Origin: Lingula anatina
Lineage: Eukaryota; Animalia; Brachiopoda
Direction: 5' to 3'
NCBI GenBank assembly: GCA_051362555.1
Contig: CM120640.1
Location: forward strand, 10,230,001 to 10,294,000
Length of the DNA: 64,000 nt
Within the stretch, counting starts at the first letter, position 1. Each line of letters opens with the position of its first letter. Below the pieces are notes generated by a model, which made no database searches, had not been told where the DNA came from, and saw only the letters and a list, made by a program, of their open reading frames with translations. The position numbers and the translations under genes are program-made. Shown in pieces: positions 25,490-36,897 of the stretch.

Positions 25490-26846
25490 CCATCATCGCT
25501 CAAGACGTAGTCATGGTCACCATGGCAGCCGTGGAAGTCACCACAATATAATCAAGCGTCGTACCTGGCTAAATGTACAATGTCAAGACAACCATGTGGT
25601 CAGTGGAGGGCCTTGGACAGATGCCTGGACAACAACAACAACAACATCAGCTCCAACAAGAGGACCCGTCTCCACCAGAGGGCCTATCCCAACAAGACCA
25701 GTCTCCACCAGAAGGCCTATCCCAAGAACAACTGCTCCCACCAGAGGGCCTACCCCAACAACACCAGTCTCCACCAGAGGGCCTATCCCAACAACACCAA
25801 CCCCCACCAGAGGGCCTATCCCAACAAGACCAGTCCCCACCAGTGGGCCTATCCTAATAAAACCAGTCCCCACAAGTGGTCCAGAAAAGCTGCCAAACCC
25901 AACCCAAGGCCCTAAGATCCCACCAATACCACCAGAGGAGGTTCCTACCAACCCTAAAGTGCAGGTTGCAGGCAATGAGAAGCAAACAGATGGGGAAAAC
26001 ACAATGAAGGAAACTGAAAAGCTTGAAAGACCAGGGCTGAAACACGAACACAGTAAGAGGGCAATTTTTGCTTCAATTTCATGAATTTGAGATTAAAATG
26101 GGGTATTGGAGGACAGGCGCATAAGTAATACAGCAAAATAAACCAAGTTAACATTTTTTAATAATTCATTATAAGTGAAGATTTTTTTTTTTTGATAAAT
26201 ACTTCACCTGACTATTCAGATCAATTAAGTGCTGCAACATTTCCAGGAAATAAATTATTATCCAGTCATTTAATTAATCACGATTCTTATTTCAGTTCTT
26301 ATTTTGGTGGGCGTTTTGGCTGCAGCATTCCTTGTAATGTTGGTTGTTGGTGCATTCTTTTTGTACAGGTAAGCAACCATATTGGACCATGTAAAAAGAA
26401 AATATAAGAATAACGTTATCTTGCCATTATTGATGAATACAATAAGATTTCAATTGTGAATTGTATAATAATCATGAACTTCTCAAAACAAGAAACATTT
26501 GCTTAAAAAAAATAATGAAATGATAATGAAGTTTTCCTAATTTTATTTGATATGAAATTTATTGCCTCATTTAGCTACAGATGTATGTTTTTTTCTATTT
26601 TTAATACAACTGTAAGCTATTTGACCAACAAATTATGAAAATTCTTCACTACATGTATTATCTTTTTTTCACTTCTTCAGAAACTGCAGACCCTCCCCAG
26701 TTGTAGGTACAATCAAATTCAATGGAGCCTATGATAATGCAATTTATCAGAATGCAGTCAATGAAAAGCCAGCTAAAGAGAAAGAAAGTTTTGCCTATGA
26801 CAACGTAGTTTACGCAATACCCAGTGAGGAAAAAGTAAAGTTGTAA
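21776..26846 (+). CDS. Type I membrane protein (~585 aa): signal peptide, SUEL/Gal-lectin-like domain, CUB-like domain, poly-Asp + His tract, Pro/Thr-rich stalk, TM helix, tail with YDNxxY motifs
   Basis: Exons 21776-21821, 24182-24526, 24758-25183, 25351-26052, 26296-26368 and 26681-26846 have canonical splice sites and consistent phase (1758 nt). SUEL-like Cys pattern CTGQNLALHC...SCSGRQAC; CUB-like LTSSRYP...NCSCKITPP...FWIK; TM LILVGVLAAAFLVMLVVGAFFLY. Confidence 0.82.
23018..23240. repeat. Degenerate ~113-bp tandem repeat overlapping the right duplication breakpoint
   Basis: TCACCTGA...TGATTTAATTCC.ACAGTAGCAAGTAT.AATATTTCAACATT...GTTATTTGTCAAACAA...ATGATGGTC occurs twice. Confidence 0.8.
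25360..25490 (+). repeat. Coding (GAT/GAC)n trinucleotide repeat encoding poly-Asp
   Basis: Visible GAT run inside exon 4; about 35 Asp in about 45 residues. Confidence 0.9.
25650..25885 (+). repeat. Coding ~36-bp tandem repeat (PTRGPIPTRPVS-like), mucin-like stalk
   Basis: CCACCAGAGGGCCTATCCCAACAA recurs about 6 times. Confidence 0.9.
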
Positions 26847-27479
26847 AAGCCAATGCCATATGGAACTTGACCCAAGAAATCATATTCAAGATTTCAGAAA
26901 AACCATACTGCCAAAATAAGACAACTAGTACAGTTCCTTACAAAATCAACATTAACTAGCTATAGACTTAAGGACTAAGAAGATTATGAAGCCATTCTTT
27001 CAATCATATGATATTACAAAATTAATTTTAAAAGTAAAAAGTACTCTTTGAATGAAATGTGACAATACGGACACTTATTCATCCAAAAATGTTTGATATT
27101 ACAAAATTAATGAAATTATAAGTACCCAATGAATGTTATGTAACAATACAGACATTTATTTATCCAAGAATGAAAATTATAATATCCCAGAGGACATTTA
27201 TGTATTTATCAAATCTTTTTTATCAGGATGAGGATGATCACCTTACTGCACAGTCATACTGTACTTTTGTATTTCACTATCACTTGCAGATCCAGAATTT
27301 TACTAATGAGATGAGGAGCGCTTGCCATGCTTAAAAATTTGCTCAGCAAATATATAACAGCAGACAAGGACTATATGCAATAGTCCAGGACATGGATGGA
27401 AAAGTTTCTCGATTTTGTTGTTTCTCTTACTATAATACCTATTTTTTTCAGACAGAATTGTTGATTATATACAGTAGAA

Positions 27480-27622
27480 CATGGGTGAAAGCTGTAAAAA
27501 CTGAAAATCCTGAATTGCTCATTGTACTTAGACCATATGATAAAAAAAGAATCAAAATGAAGACTGAAAATCCTGAAATCAAGCACATAAAAATATGTAA
27601 ATCCTGAAAACTTTCACCCATA
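27480..27622. mobile_element. hAT-like MITE
   Basis: TIR ATGGGTGAAAG / CTTTCACCCAT; 8-bp TSD CAGTAGAA at 27472-27479 and 27623-27630; internal CTGAAAATCCTGAA repeats. Confidence 0.7.
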
Positions 27623-28728
27623 CAGTAGAAGCAGCTGGACTGCTTTGGTGTAGCACTGTAATGAACTTGATTGAGTAGTCCAGTATATTGATGTCTAAAT
27701 GTAATATCATGTATTTTTATATATTTCCATTTATAACTAATAAAAATGTAAAGAACTCAACCCATAAGATGAAGTGTCCTCATTCATTTGTTCACCTTTA
27801 TTTTCAGTCGTATCTCTAGACAATGCCTTAATTATTTTCTGTTCACTTTTTTCAATTAAGTAGCATTTACAATGAAGATAGGCTGATCTTTCTCTTAAGT
27901 GCGACTGAATAACCTCAAGAAACCAGGTAAAAAATTAGATGGCAGTTCTGACTTTTACCAGTAGGCTAGTTATGCAGAGTGTAACACAAAGCTGAATTTG
28001 TATATGTGATGACATTTTCACTATGTCAAACCATAGAACTCTACTTCTATCGTCAAACTGAATCATACATGGATAAAAATGATTCATTTTGTATGATTTT
28101 GTATGGTGAAAAAAAACAAGAAGCACAAAAAAATAATAATAATAATAATAATAAAGTGACTTTGATCTTTATTGGTAGGCTAGTTAAAGCAAATTGTTAC
28201 AAAAAAATCTACACGACACGTTTGCACTGTCACAACATACAGCTGATGGACCATGCAGTTGTGAATGAATGAGGGAACTTTAGAAAAACATAAATATTGA
28301 TCCATTTCAAGAAAAAAACTTTGCATGCTTTAAACAAATCCATTATGATGGCAATGCCATGATAATGACCACAATGAAGTATTTTCTGACCACAGGGTCC
28401 GACAGTTGTCTGTTACAAAATTGTAGTGCACCCAGCAGGAACTGAGATGGTCAACAGGAATGGGTTTCTGGCCAGACATACCCTTTGTCAGTAGGGGCAA
28501 TTTCACACTTACATGTTGAGTACACATGGCCTCAGATCTACTCCAGATGCCCAGCTGAGTGATAACATCCAACCACACAATTATCCTCCTCTGCTGATAA
28601 GGTCGGACACAAAATATTTTATGTCTGAGTAGTGCTAAGCCACTGAGCAGGGTACGGTAGATACCTTAGAGGAGACATTTGAATTGGGTGAGATTCCTTA
28701 AGGTATTAAGTCACAGTGGGACACTTAC

Positions 28729-29811
28729 CTGTATCATTAATGTCTTGATTTGGGAGATAAGCTGCTGGAGAATAGCGCAGCAAATGGCTAGTGTGAAGGC
28801 TAGTCTGTTTAGCATTGTTTAAAGAAACCGGTGACTTTTTAACAGAAGACTGGATACATGTACCTTCAAAGAAAAAGAAAGAAGAAATCACTCACAAACA
28901 TATGAAGAATAGTTTAAATTTGAATTTTTTTGAAACAGACTGCCCTTTAACTGTATAAATTCAATGAACATTCAGCAACAACCAATACTACAGTGCGGGC
29001 CGTACGTAGCAATAGTCTGAAGGTTCAATAGTCCAAAGGTTCATTGGTCCGAATGTTTACTATATAGAACCTTTGGACCAATGAACCTTTGATTAAAAAA
29101 ATGGCGAAAATGTTACGACTTTTTGTACCAATAAACCTTCAGACTATTGAGACACCCCCCACCCCCTACAGTGTATGTCCATAGCCAGCAATTTTGTAGC
29201 AGAAGGTAGAGGGAGGCTTCTTTTTCTTTTTTTTCTGAAAAAGTAGACTTTTTACCATGAAATCTTCATGTGCCTAGAACAAATTTTACCCAAACGAACT
29301 TTTTCCTGGCAAAAAGAGCAGCTGGTAAAACCCCCACTGGTTACTGGCCTGCTAGTATAATAGTAGCATTTTTTTTTTTTTTATTTCTAGGAGAAGCCAA
29401 CATATTCCAAACTTGTTCAATAAAAATTAAGTAATAACTAAAAAGTCAGTCAGTGGATTACATTAAGACTGTTGCTATATAATTTTAACTGTTTGTGATT
29501 CTGAGGTACATGTGTATTATTATCACAATACCAGAACTTTTAAGAGGTCTTTCTTGCACAGCAACAGTCTGAGCATTAAGTGGCCGAGGGGGCATATAAA
29601 CAGGGATGCAGCCTTGCACTAAATGTACAGTTCTGGACGGTTTGGGAGGGCTGGAAAAGAAAAAGAAATTATTAACATAACAATCAACATTTTTGTCAGG
29701 ATTCTATCATGTTGAAGTTATCATGTTGCACTCTGGCACTCGTTTTACATACAAAAGTTAGAGAAAGATTAATGACACCGGTTCAACTCACCTACTTAGA
29801 AGATTTTCCAT
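28729..29811 (-). CDS. Short spliced gene of unknown function; 3' exon uncertain
   Basis: Exons 29792-29811 (ATG, GTGAGT donor), 29532-29650 and 28729-28863 (GTAAGT donor) join in frame: MENLLSSPPKPSRTVHLVQGCIPVYMPPRPLNAQTVAVQERPLKSSGTCIQSS... No recognisable domain. Confidence 0.5.
29005..29158. mobile_element. Small foldback MITE with ~16-bp internal repeats
   Basis: CAATAGTCTGAAGGTT / AACCTTCAGACTATTG inverted arms; repeated GGTTCATTGGTCC / GGACCAATGAACC units. Confidence 0.6.
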
Positions 29812-29939
29812 TGCAATTTATGACATACAATCAAATGTATCTCTTTACTATTCACTTCCATTTAAAAATTCGATTAGGGAACTCATAGTCGCTGCTCTCC
29901 GCAACGAATGTTTGAATGATGAACAGACCAAGAGAGTGG

Positions 29940-30075
29940 GTTGTCTTGGAGCACCTGTGAATAGCTGCCATCTATAAAGACGCTTGTGACGTCACGGAAA
30001 CAACAAAAGTTTTCCCGAACTTTGCAGTAGCTTGTTGGGCGTCTGGCACACTCTGCTTAAGAGGGATTAAAGGTA
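29940..30075. promoter_or_regulatory. Putative bidirectional promoter with a palindromic CRE (GTGACGTCAC, 29986-29995)
   Basis: CpG-richer stretch between divergent first exons (minus gene at 29811; plus-strand donors near 30072 and 30200). Confidence 0.5.
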
Positions 30076-32686
30076 ATTACGGTGTGTATCAAGTGTGTTT
30101 AGACGTTAATGAGAAAATTGACTGTGTTTGTGTAGGTGTTTGGTCAATTTTAGAATTTGGGGGGATAGTTTAAACAATGGCTCTAATATCCGACGAACGT
30201 GTAAGTAAACTAGCATATCCTACGACTAATAAGTCTATAAAAAAAGTCGAATTATTCTTACCGTTAGTTGTACCTGTATTTCTTTTTTACTATTAACTTT
30301 TCTGAAGAAGTTCAAAATGTTGTCATTGAGTTGTTCCCAAATAGTGTCAAAATCCTTCACAAATTTGTTTCCTTCAGAGAGACTTTGAAGAGTTCATAAC
30401 TTTCAGGTTCAGCTTAGACGTATATTCTATACGTGAATAGGATCATGTTTTAATCCCCCAATTCTTAATATCACGAATAAATACCTAATATATGTATATA
30501 GTAAAAAAATATTGATATGCCACTTGGATCAATTTTGGCTGCTTCAACTTACAACGTTATATACATTGACAGGTGTATTTTCCTATTGTACAAAAATATA
30601 TTATTCCTGAGCCTTTGTCGGAGTTTAATGTTGTTTTATATTAGTGTTGTTAGATATCAAAAGTGTGTGCATGTCAGAAATTCTGTTGCAATGCTTTATA
30701 TTACTTAACCAGAAATGTTGATTAATTGACCAGCTGAACTTTAGGTACTACTCCACACCTGCAAAGCTTCATAAAAGTTTCACAACAATTAGATGCAAAG
30801 AAAAGTAGTCAATATGTATATGTGAATTGATTGACTTATGTATGTTTTACGGTGCTTCAGCAGATTGCAAGCAGGTTATTGCTTTTAGTTGAACTTTTCC
30901 GTCGTGTAAAGCCCATTGGAAAGGTCAGACCCTATGGGTTTATGACCTCTTTATGCTTCAGCCGAAAAATTGGAGATACTTTACTGTAAGCCTTTTACTA
31001 TGCCCTGCCAATCAAGTAAAGAAGTTTATAATTACAGTGCCATTATAACCCTTTTCCAATCAAGTAAAGGCAATTTTAGTTTAATATTTTACTTTTTTTT
31101 TTCAATCAAGTAGTGGCGATTTTAGTTACAAGGTAATTAAAGTAATTGTTACATCTTTCATACCCTTTTCCGATCAAGTAATTTGGCATCAAAAAGGAAA
31201 TTTTGTTGTTTTTTTGCTATTTTTGTGTTCAGTTTTATGTTTGATTGTTTTTGGACATGATTCGCACATGCAATTCTTTCACAGTGCTCATACCTTTTAC
31301 AATAACTAATGTTCTGACTGCTACAGGAGACAGACTACACCACTGTGGTCGTCGCTTCTCTCAACATTACCTCAGTGCAAGGTCTCACATTTCTTGCATT
31401 TTCCTCTGTTTTTAACTTTAGACATAGGCCTGTAGCCTCTCTGTTATTACTCCTGCTTCTTGCAGTATCAGGCTCCCTTCATTTTTTTTATCCCTCTTTG
31501 CAGTAACTGCCATATTGACTAGTCTCATGTGGCATATAATACACCTCCTCACTTGGCTTTCACTGATAGATAGTAGTTCATAATGAGAAGTTGTAAATGT
31601 ATCTTTTAAATATTTATTTCGACTGATTGAGATCATATTTAGCGTTGAAAATGGTGTTATGGATTGTGCTAGATGTTTCTCTGTTGTGCAGTTTGATAGC
31701 AGTGAAAAGTAGCAATATACGATAGATTTGAGCAACACATTTTGCACAGCCGAGGTACATGTATGTAACATGCAGTGTAAATCATAATGTACTCTGTAAA
31801 GCAGTTCTCTGGCTAGTATCTTAGTCATGTGACACACACCACTCAAAGATTGGAAAGGATGCAGGATGTTAATGTGAAAAGATGGAAAAGAAGGGATGCC
31901 GGATGTGAATGCAATTTTTAGTTCCTTATTTCTGCTGACTGGACGTGAGTATGGAATTGAATCTGAAATAGATCTTGTCTATTTGGAGTGTTTGATGTTG
32001 TGAAAGTGGTATTTGTGTATTTTTTTCTGTTTTATTCACTAGAAAAGTGTTTGATATGCTCTTTAAAATTGAAAATGGAAAAAAAATCCAAGTGCAGGTC
32101 AAGGAAAGTTCCGTGAGTAGGAGGAAATTGCTTTTTTACCCAAAGGAAAATTAATTTTGGCTAAGACAATCTTGTATCTATAGATTACCTTTAAAGGCAC
32201 ATGACTGTTAAGTTAGATGCATGTGAGTGAAACCAGTGCCTCGGATTTTTATAGGCCTTTTTCACCACCTTTTATGGAATAACTAAATAATATCATGTTA
32301 TATATATCAAGTAATATATGAATCAAGTATTAATCTGGATGTAAGGTTATGTAATTTATTCAATGGATTAATCTAAGACAAAACTTGTCAACCTTATACA
32401 AGATTGGGTAATTAACAAATTAGTTGCCATAAAATGGAGCGAAAAACCTACTAAATTTGTTTTCAGCTATAGAAAATCTGTATATATACGTAGCTGATAT
32501 GAGTCACTGTAGGTCAACCATGCAATCTGTAGTCATTCGTTCATGGACAGTTTAGTAATTGATACTGATGCCATGGCTCTCTGTGATCTTTCACAATGAA
32601 GAGATATTATTGATGAGTTTGCATTTTGCAAAAAAAAACTTGGTCTAGGCATGATTGTATGTCAAAATAAGAAATATAGAAGTTAA

Positions 32687-33024
32687 AGGGATAACAAATC
32701 TTCGTGTGAGATCTATATTTCACAATTAATACATTGTAAACAACTCATAGATATATAATATATTCTATTTTACCACAAAAACAGCAGTTATTGTTATTTT
32801 TGTGAAGTTTGTGCTTGTCATTGGACCACGTGACCTCCGTAGAAAACTATACTCTGTAATAATCTCTTAAGAGATTATAACAAAAAAAAAAACCTTTTAG
32901 AAAAAAAAAACAGAACTAACTTTTTATGTAGAAATGGATTCATTAACCATAATTTAGCATGGGAAAATTGTCGTTTACCCCAGGAATATTCTTTTTTTGG
33001 CAAAAATGAACAGTTGTTAAACTT
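32687..33024. mobile_element. Internally deleted, diverged copy of the Kolobok-like MITE at 5944-6566
   Basis: Shares AATACATTGTAAACAAC, AATCTCTTAAGAGATT and GGGAAAATTG.CGTTTAC.CCAGGAA with that element; TTAA at both ends. Confidence 0.65.
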
Positions 33025-33164
33025 TTAATTTTTTAACTATTTGAAAAGTAAAGAAATAAGTTCCAAAAAGTATTTTATAGCATACTTTTGAATTAGGTAT
33101 TCAAAAGAATGATGATGCAAAAGTAGTAAAAAACTATCAGTGGTACTAGGAAAATATATGTGAT

Positions 33165-33747
33165 TTATGGCCTCTGAGAAGGAGACAAAGTTTTACTTGC
33201 CATTAGTTTGTTTGTTTGTTTGTTTGTTTTTTGTTTTTGTCTGGTAAGTGCATTATGCAAAAATTTAGGGACTGATTTTCATGAAATTTTCAGGATAGGT
33301 CTCAAATGGACCAAAAAAAAATAATGATTAGATTTTTGGGAATGATACAAATTAGCATGATACCTGTTTATACCAGTGAAATGCTGCATTTTACAGTCTA
33401 TGTTTGCGTCCATCTCCTCTGTCTGTCCTGTCATGCGTGCACCATTACCTCTGCTCATCCTGTCACTCATGCACTGTGTTGAAGCTTCACAAGTGTCTTG
33501 ACTCTTTTTAATGGTAAACATTTTAAGTTTTCTTATTGGCATAGGGTCCATGGACTCAATGGCTAGAGTAGGAACCTAACATGCAAGCAGTCCAAGATTG
33601 AGTCCTGCTGTCAAAACAATTTTTTTTTAATTATTAAGATGAAAATCTACTCTTGGCTCCATATCTATGGCTTGATTAATAATTAATAATCGTGAGAATT
33701 GGCTTGCCTTGGTGGAGGTCTGCACTCTCTGAGTGCTTTTCTAGTTT
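33165..33747 (+). mobile_element. Non-autonomous Helitron/Helentron-associated element (HINE-like)
   Basis: 5' CCTCTGAGAAGG, then a (GTTT)n microsatellite; 3' CCTTGGTGGAGG subterminal IR, GCACTCTCTGAGTGC hairpin and CTAGTT end. Confidence 0.65.
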
Positions 33748-36316
33748 ATTTATTATTTTCATGCAAATAGGCCACAGATGGTGTCCTTAATTGGAATGAA
33801 ATTTATTATGAATTTTTTTGCTTTTATACTGCCCCAGACAAACCCAGCTAAATTCATCTGTTTACTTAACTGTGCAGCATAAGTGGCCTAAATTGGTTTG
33901 TGGTTTTACTCCTTTATCAATTTTCATGACACTGCACACTAATGAGTTTGAAAATGGTTCGTGTTATTACAGTCAATGTACCTGGCTGTCTCGCCATCAT
34001 CTCTATGGAAAATAAGCTTGCAGTGAGCCTGGATTGAACTGGTAGGACGGTGATGATGTTCATCCTGCATTTCCTAAGCTATTGATTATAGCTGGCATTG
34101 TAGATTAATAACTACGCTGCTTAGAGTCTGAGATAATCAGGGTGGATATAACACTAAATCTAGCAACATTTTAGACATATTGTTAAGGGATCAGGTTAGT
34201 GTCATTAGTATGCAAGTAATGAAGGGCATCACTTTTAAGAGACCTATTTGCTTGTGTCCTCATGCTCATAGATTTTCACTACTTATTGTTTTATTTGAAA
34301 CATTTTTGGAGTTGCATACTTTTGTGCTGTGGTTTTAGTTTCAAAAATTATATATCACATATGTGATTTTTGCATAAATACTCTAATTGTTTGAGTTGAT
34401 CTCATTTCAGCCCTAACTCCCAGATGTATTATGTGATGATTGCATCTTGATAGACTGGTCTAACTTCAACTGGCAGTACAACAATATTTGTGGATTCTTT
34501 GTGGAGAAAGTAGGACAGGAGTAAGTTTTGTTTTTGACCCAAATTATGTTGAGAATGTTGAAATGCAGATACATTTCTTTTAAACAGTTTCTTTTTAGCA
34601 ATTAAAAATTCTACATGAAGCTTTGAAGTTAATGTTTTCTGCTTTTTTGCTTGTTTAGTATTGTAACTTATTCTTGGTAGTATTAAGAAATCAAAGTGAT
34701 TGTTTTGATTCATCCAGTTGTTTTGATTCATCCAGTTGTTTTAAACTGAGATCGTGGTGGAAAGGAAATTGAATTTCATACTGGATCATAAGTATGAGAT
34801 CCAATTTTATTTACATTACATCATAATCTTTTTAGCACTAAGAATTTTTTACATTTTAACCACTGACTACAAAAAGGCCCTGTTTAACAATGCAGTTTAA
34901 ATTTGCTAAACACAAAGAATTACATTGGATTAGAATGGCGTGTATGGGAGGATTACAAAAGACACAAATTCAATAAATTTGAAACACATGAAGCATAAAA
35001 GTTATTGATGCTATGGGTTGTGCCTCATGCAGTTATTAAAAGGCATGCTCAGATTTAGTCATGGCATTTGATAAACATGAATTCTTCTTCATCAACATGC
35101 AAGCACTTCTATATAACATTATATTGAGATCTTCCAAGATCAGGTAGATGTTTTCATACTCCCTTTTTTGTCTCACTTCAGAGGCATCTGTTTTAAAGCT
35201 AGATATTCTATTTTGCCCGGTCTCAAAATTTATTTCAAAAACTCCAACAACAGAAATCTTAGATAGTTTTGGGCATATTTTCAAGGTGTGCTATATTATT
35301 GCACTGTCATTTCAGGTTTTTAAAGTGCAGAATATGCTATGATGATAGACACTGGATGTGGTGCAAAAAGTAGTGTGTACCTCATAATCATCATAATTAT
35401 AGTGTGTACATACATGGATGTGTCTGCATGGTACTTCATGCACTATAAGTTTGAAGGCAGTTAAATGGGACTCCCCAGACAAAAAGTCGCCAATCAGAGC
35501 AATATCAGAAATCAAATGGGCGACTCCTGAGATTTTGTAGTTTAGACAGATGGAATTTTGATCACTGGTGATTTTAACATTGTTATTTCAATGTGATGTA
35601 GTTTACAGAGTGATAGAATATTGAGTGCATTTTGCATGTTAACTTTATTGCAAAGTAAAAAAGATACTAGTTAGCATTCCTGTGATAAAAGAAATATTTA
35701 ACAGCTGAAAAAAAGACTATTTGTACTTTCTTGGGATATAGTGCCAACAGAATAAACTATGATAACTGTGCAGTTAGTCACCTCCATTCAGTAGTAACAT
35801 GTAAGAAATAAAACAAAATCATTCACCCAAAAACAAAGTTGAAAAAAGTGTCAAAAACATGCGGGCATTCATTTTAGATGTAAGACCAAGATTTGACATC
35901 TTTCAGTTTTTTATATAAAAGCAATTGTAGTATCATGACGACTTACTAACATTTTGTCATTTGAAAATAAATTGATATTTTAATATGTGTGAATCCTACA
36001 AGACCATGTAAGGTGGCAAACTTTAAAATAAAAAAACAAAAAAAAAACGAGAAGCCCATTTTCAAGTTTGACAAAATTTTCAAAGTGAAAAAAAATTGTT
36101 GGCGGTGAATTGTCTTCCAACAAAAGACCCACTAAATTTTCGAGTTTTACCATAAAAGTAAAAAGATAAATGCTGTTGATGTTCTTTTAGTAATAACCAA
36201 CCATTGTGTACCTATTGTATGCATGCCCCTCTTCCCAACACACACACACATATACTCAGAGAGAAAGAGAGGGAGAGAGAGAGAGTAAACAATTTTATTA
36301 TTTTTATTTTATTTAG

Positions 36317-36897
36317 TGTCAGACCAGACTGTACCAGGTGCGGGGTTTAACTCCAAGGGCCTTGGCCTGAGAGCACAGAAGAAGCTAATGGGGAAGCTGG
36401 CTAGTAAGAAGATAGCCAAAGTGTTCATAGATGACACCACGGGCCATATGCTAGACCAGTTATTCTTTATACTCAAGGATTACACCAAAAGCAAAAAAGA
36501 AGGAGAAAAACTTCTCAAGGACATTATCAAAATTGTTATTAAGATAGGGATTTTGTACAGGAATGATCAATTTGATGCTGAAGAGCTAGCACTTGCTGAG
36601 AGATTTAAGAAAAAGTTTCACACTTGTGCAATGACTGTGATGAGTTTCTTCGAGGTTGAATTCTCATTTGATAAAAATTTTCTTTCAAGGAATCTCAGAG
36701 AATGCCATGCAATGTTGACTCAGTTGATTAGACGCCACCTCACAGATAAATCTCATACTCGTTTAAATCATGTCTTTGACTTCTTCTCAGACCCAGAGTT
36801 TCTGGAAACTGTGTTTAGAATGGACAGTGTGTACAGGGATTCCTTGGGACAAGTTGTGAATGATCTCCACAAAATGATGGAAGATGGAACTATTTGA
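36317..36897 (+). CDS. TNFAIP8: TNF-alpha-induced protein 8 (TIPE) family, main coding exon; candidate first exons near 30177-30200 or ~31896-31944
   Basis: FNSKGLGLRAQKKLMGK...FIDDTTGHMLDQL...KDIIKIVIKIGILYRNDQF...HLTDKSHTRLNHVFDFFSDPEFL...MMEDGTI is the TIPE signature. TTTAG acceptor at 36316 (phase 1); a long AT-rich 3' region runs to AATAAA signals near 39890-39960. Confidence 0.95.

Noticed and set aside
25363-26002. Poly-Met, PPEGLSQQ-repeat, HQRAYP-repeat and antisense GIGPLV ORFs
   Set aside because: Alternative frames of the GAT repeat and the 36-bp repeat. Only the poly-Asp/Pro-Thr frame matches the splice phases.
20258-28729. Idea that the 28.7-29.8 kb exons are the 5' end of CCDC122, with the receptor gene nested in its intron
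   Set aside because: Phase-compatible, but CCDC122 has its own in-frame ATG (20405) and nearer acceptors and polyadenylation signals exist for the upstream gene. It cannot be excluded without RNA data.
33548-33615. tRNA-like sequence (CTCAATGGCTAGAG...GATTGAGTCC)
   Set aside because: Too degenerate for a cloverleaf; at most a SINE/tRNA relic inside a HINE-like element.
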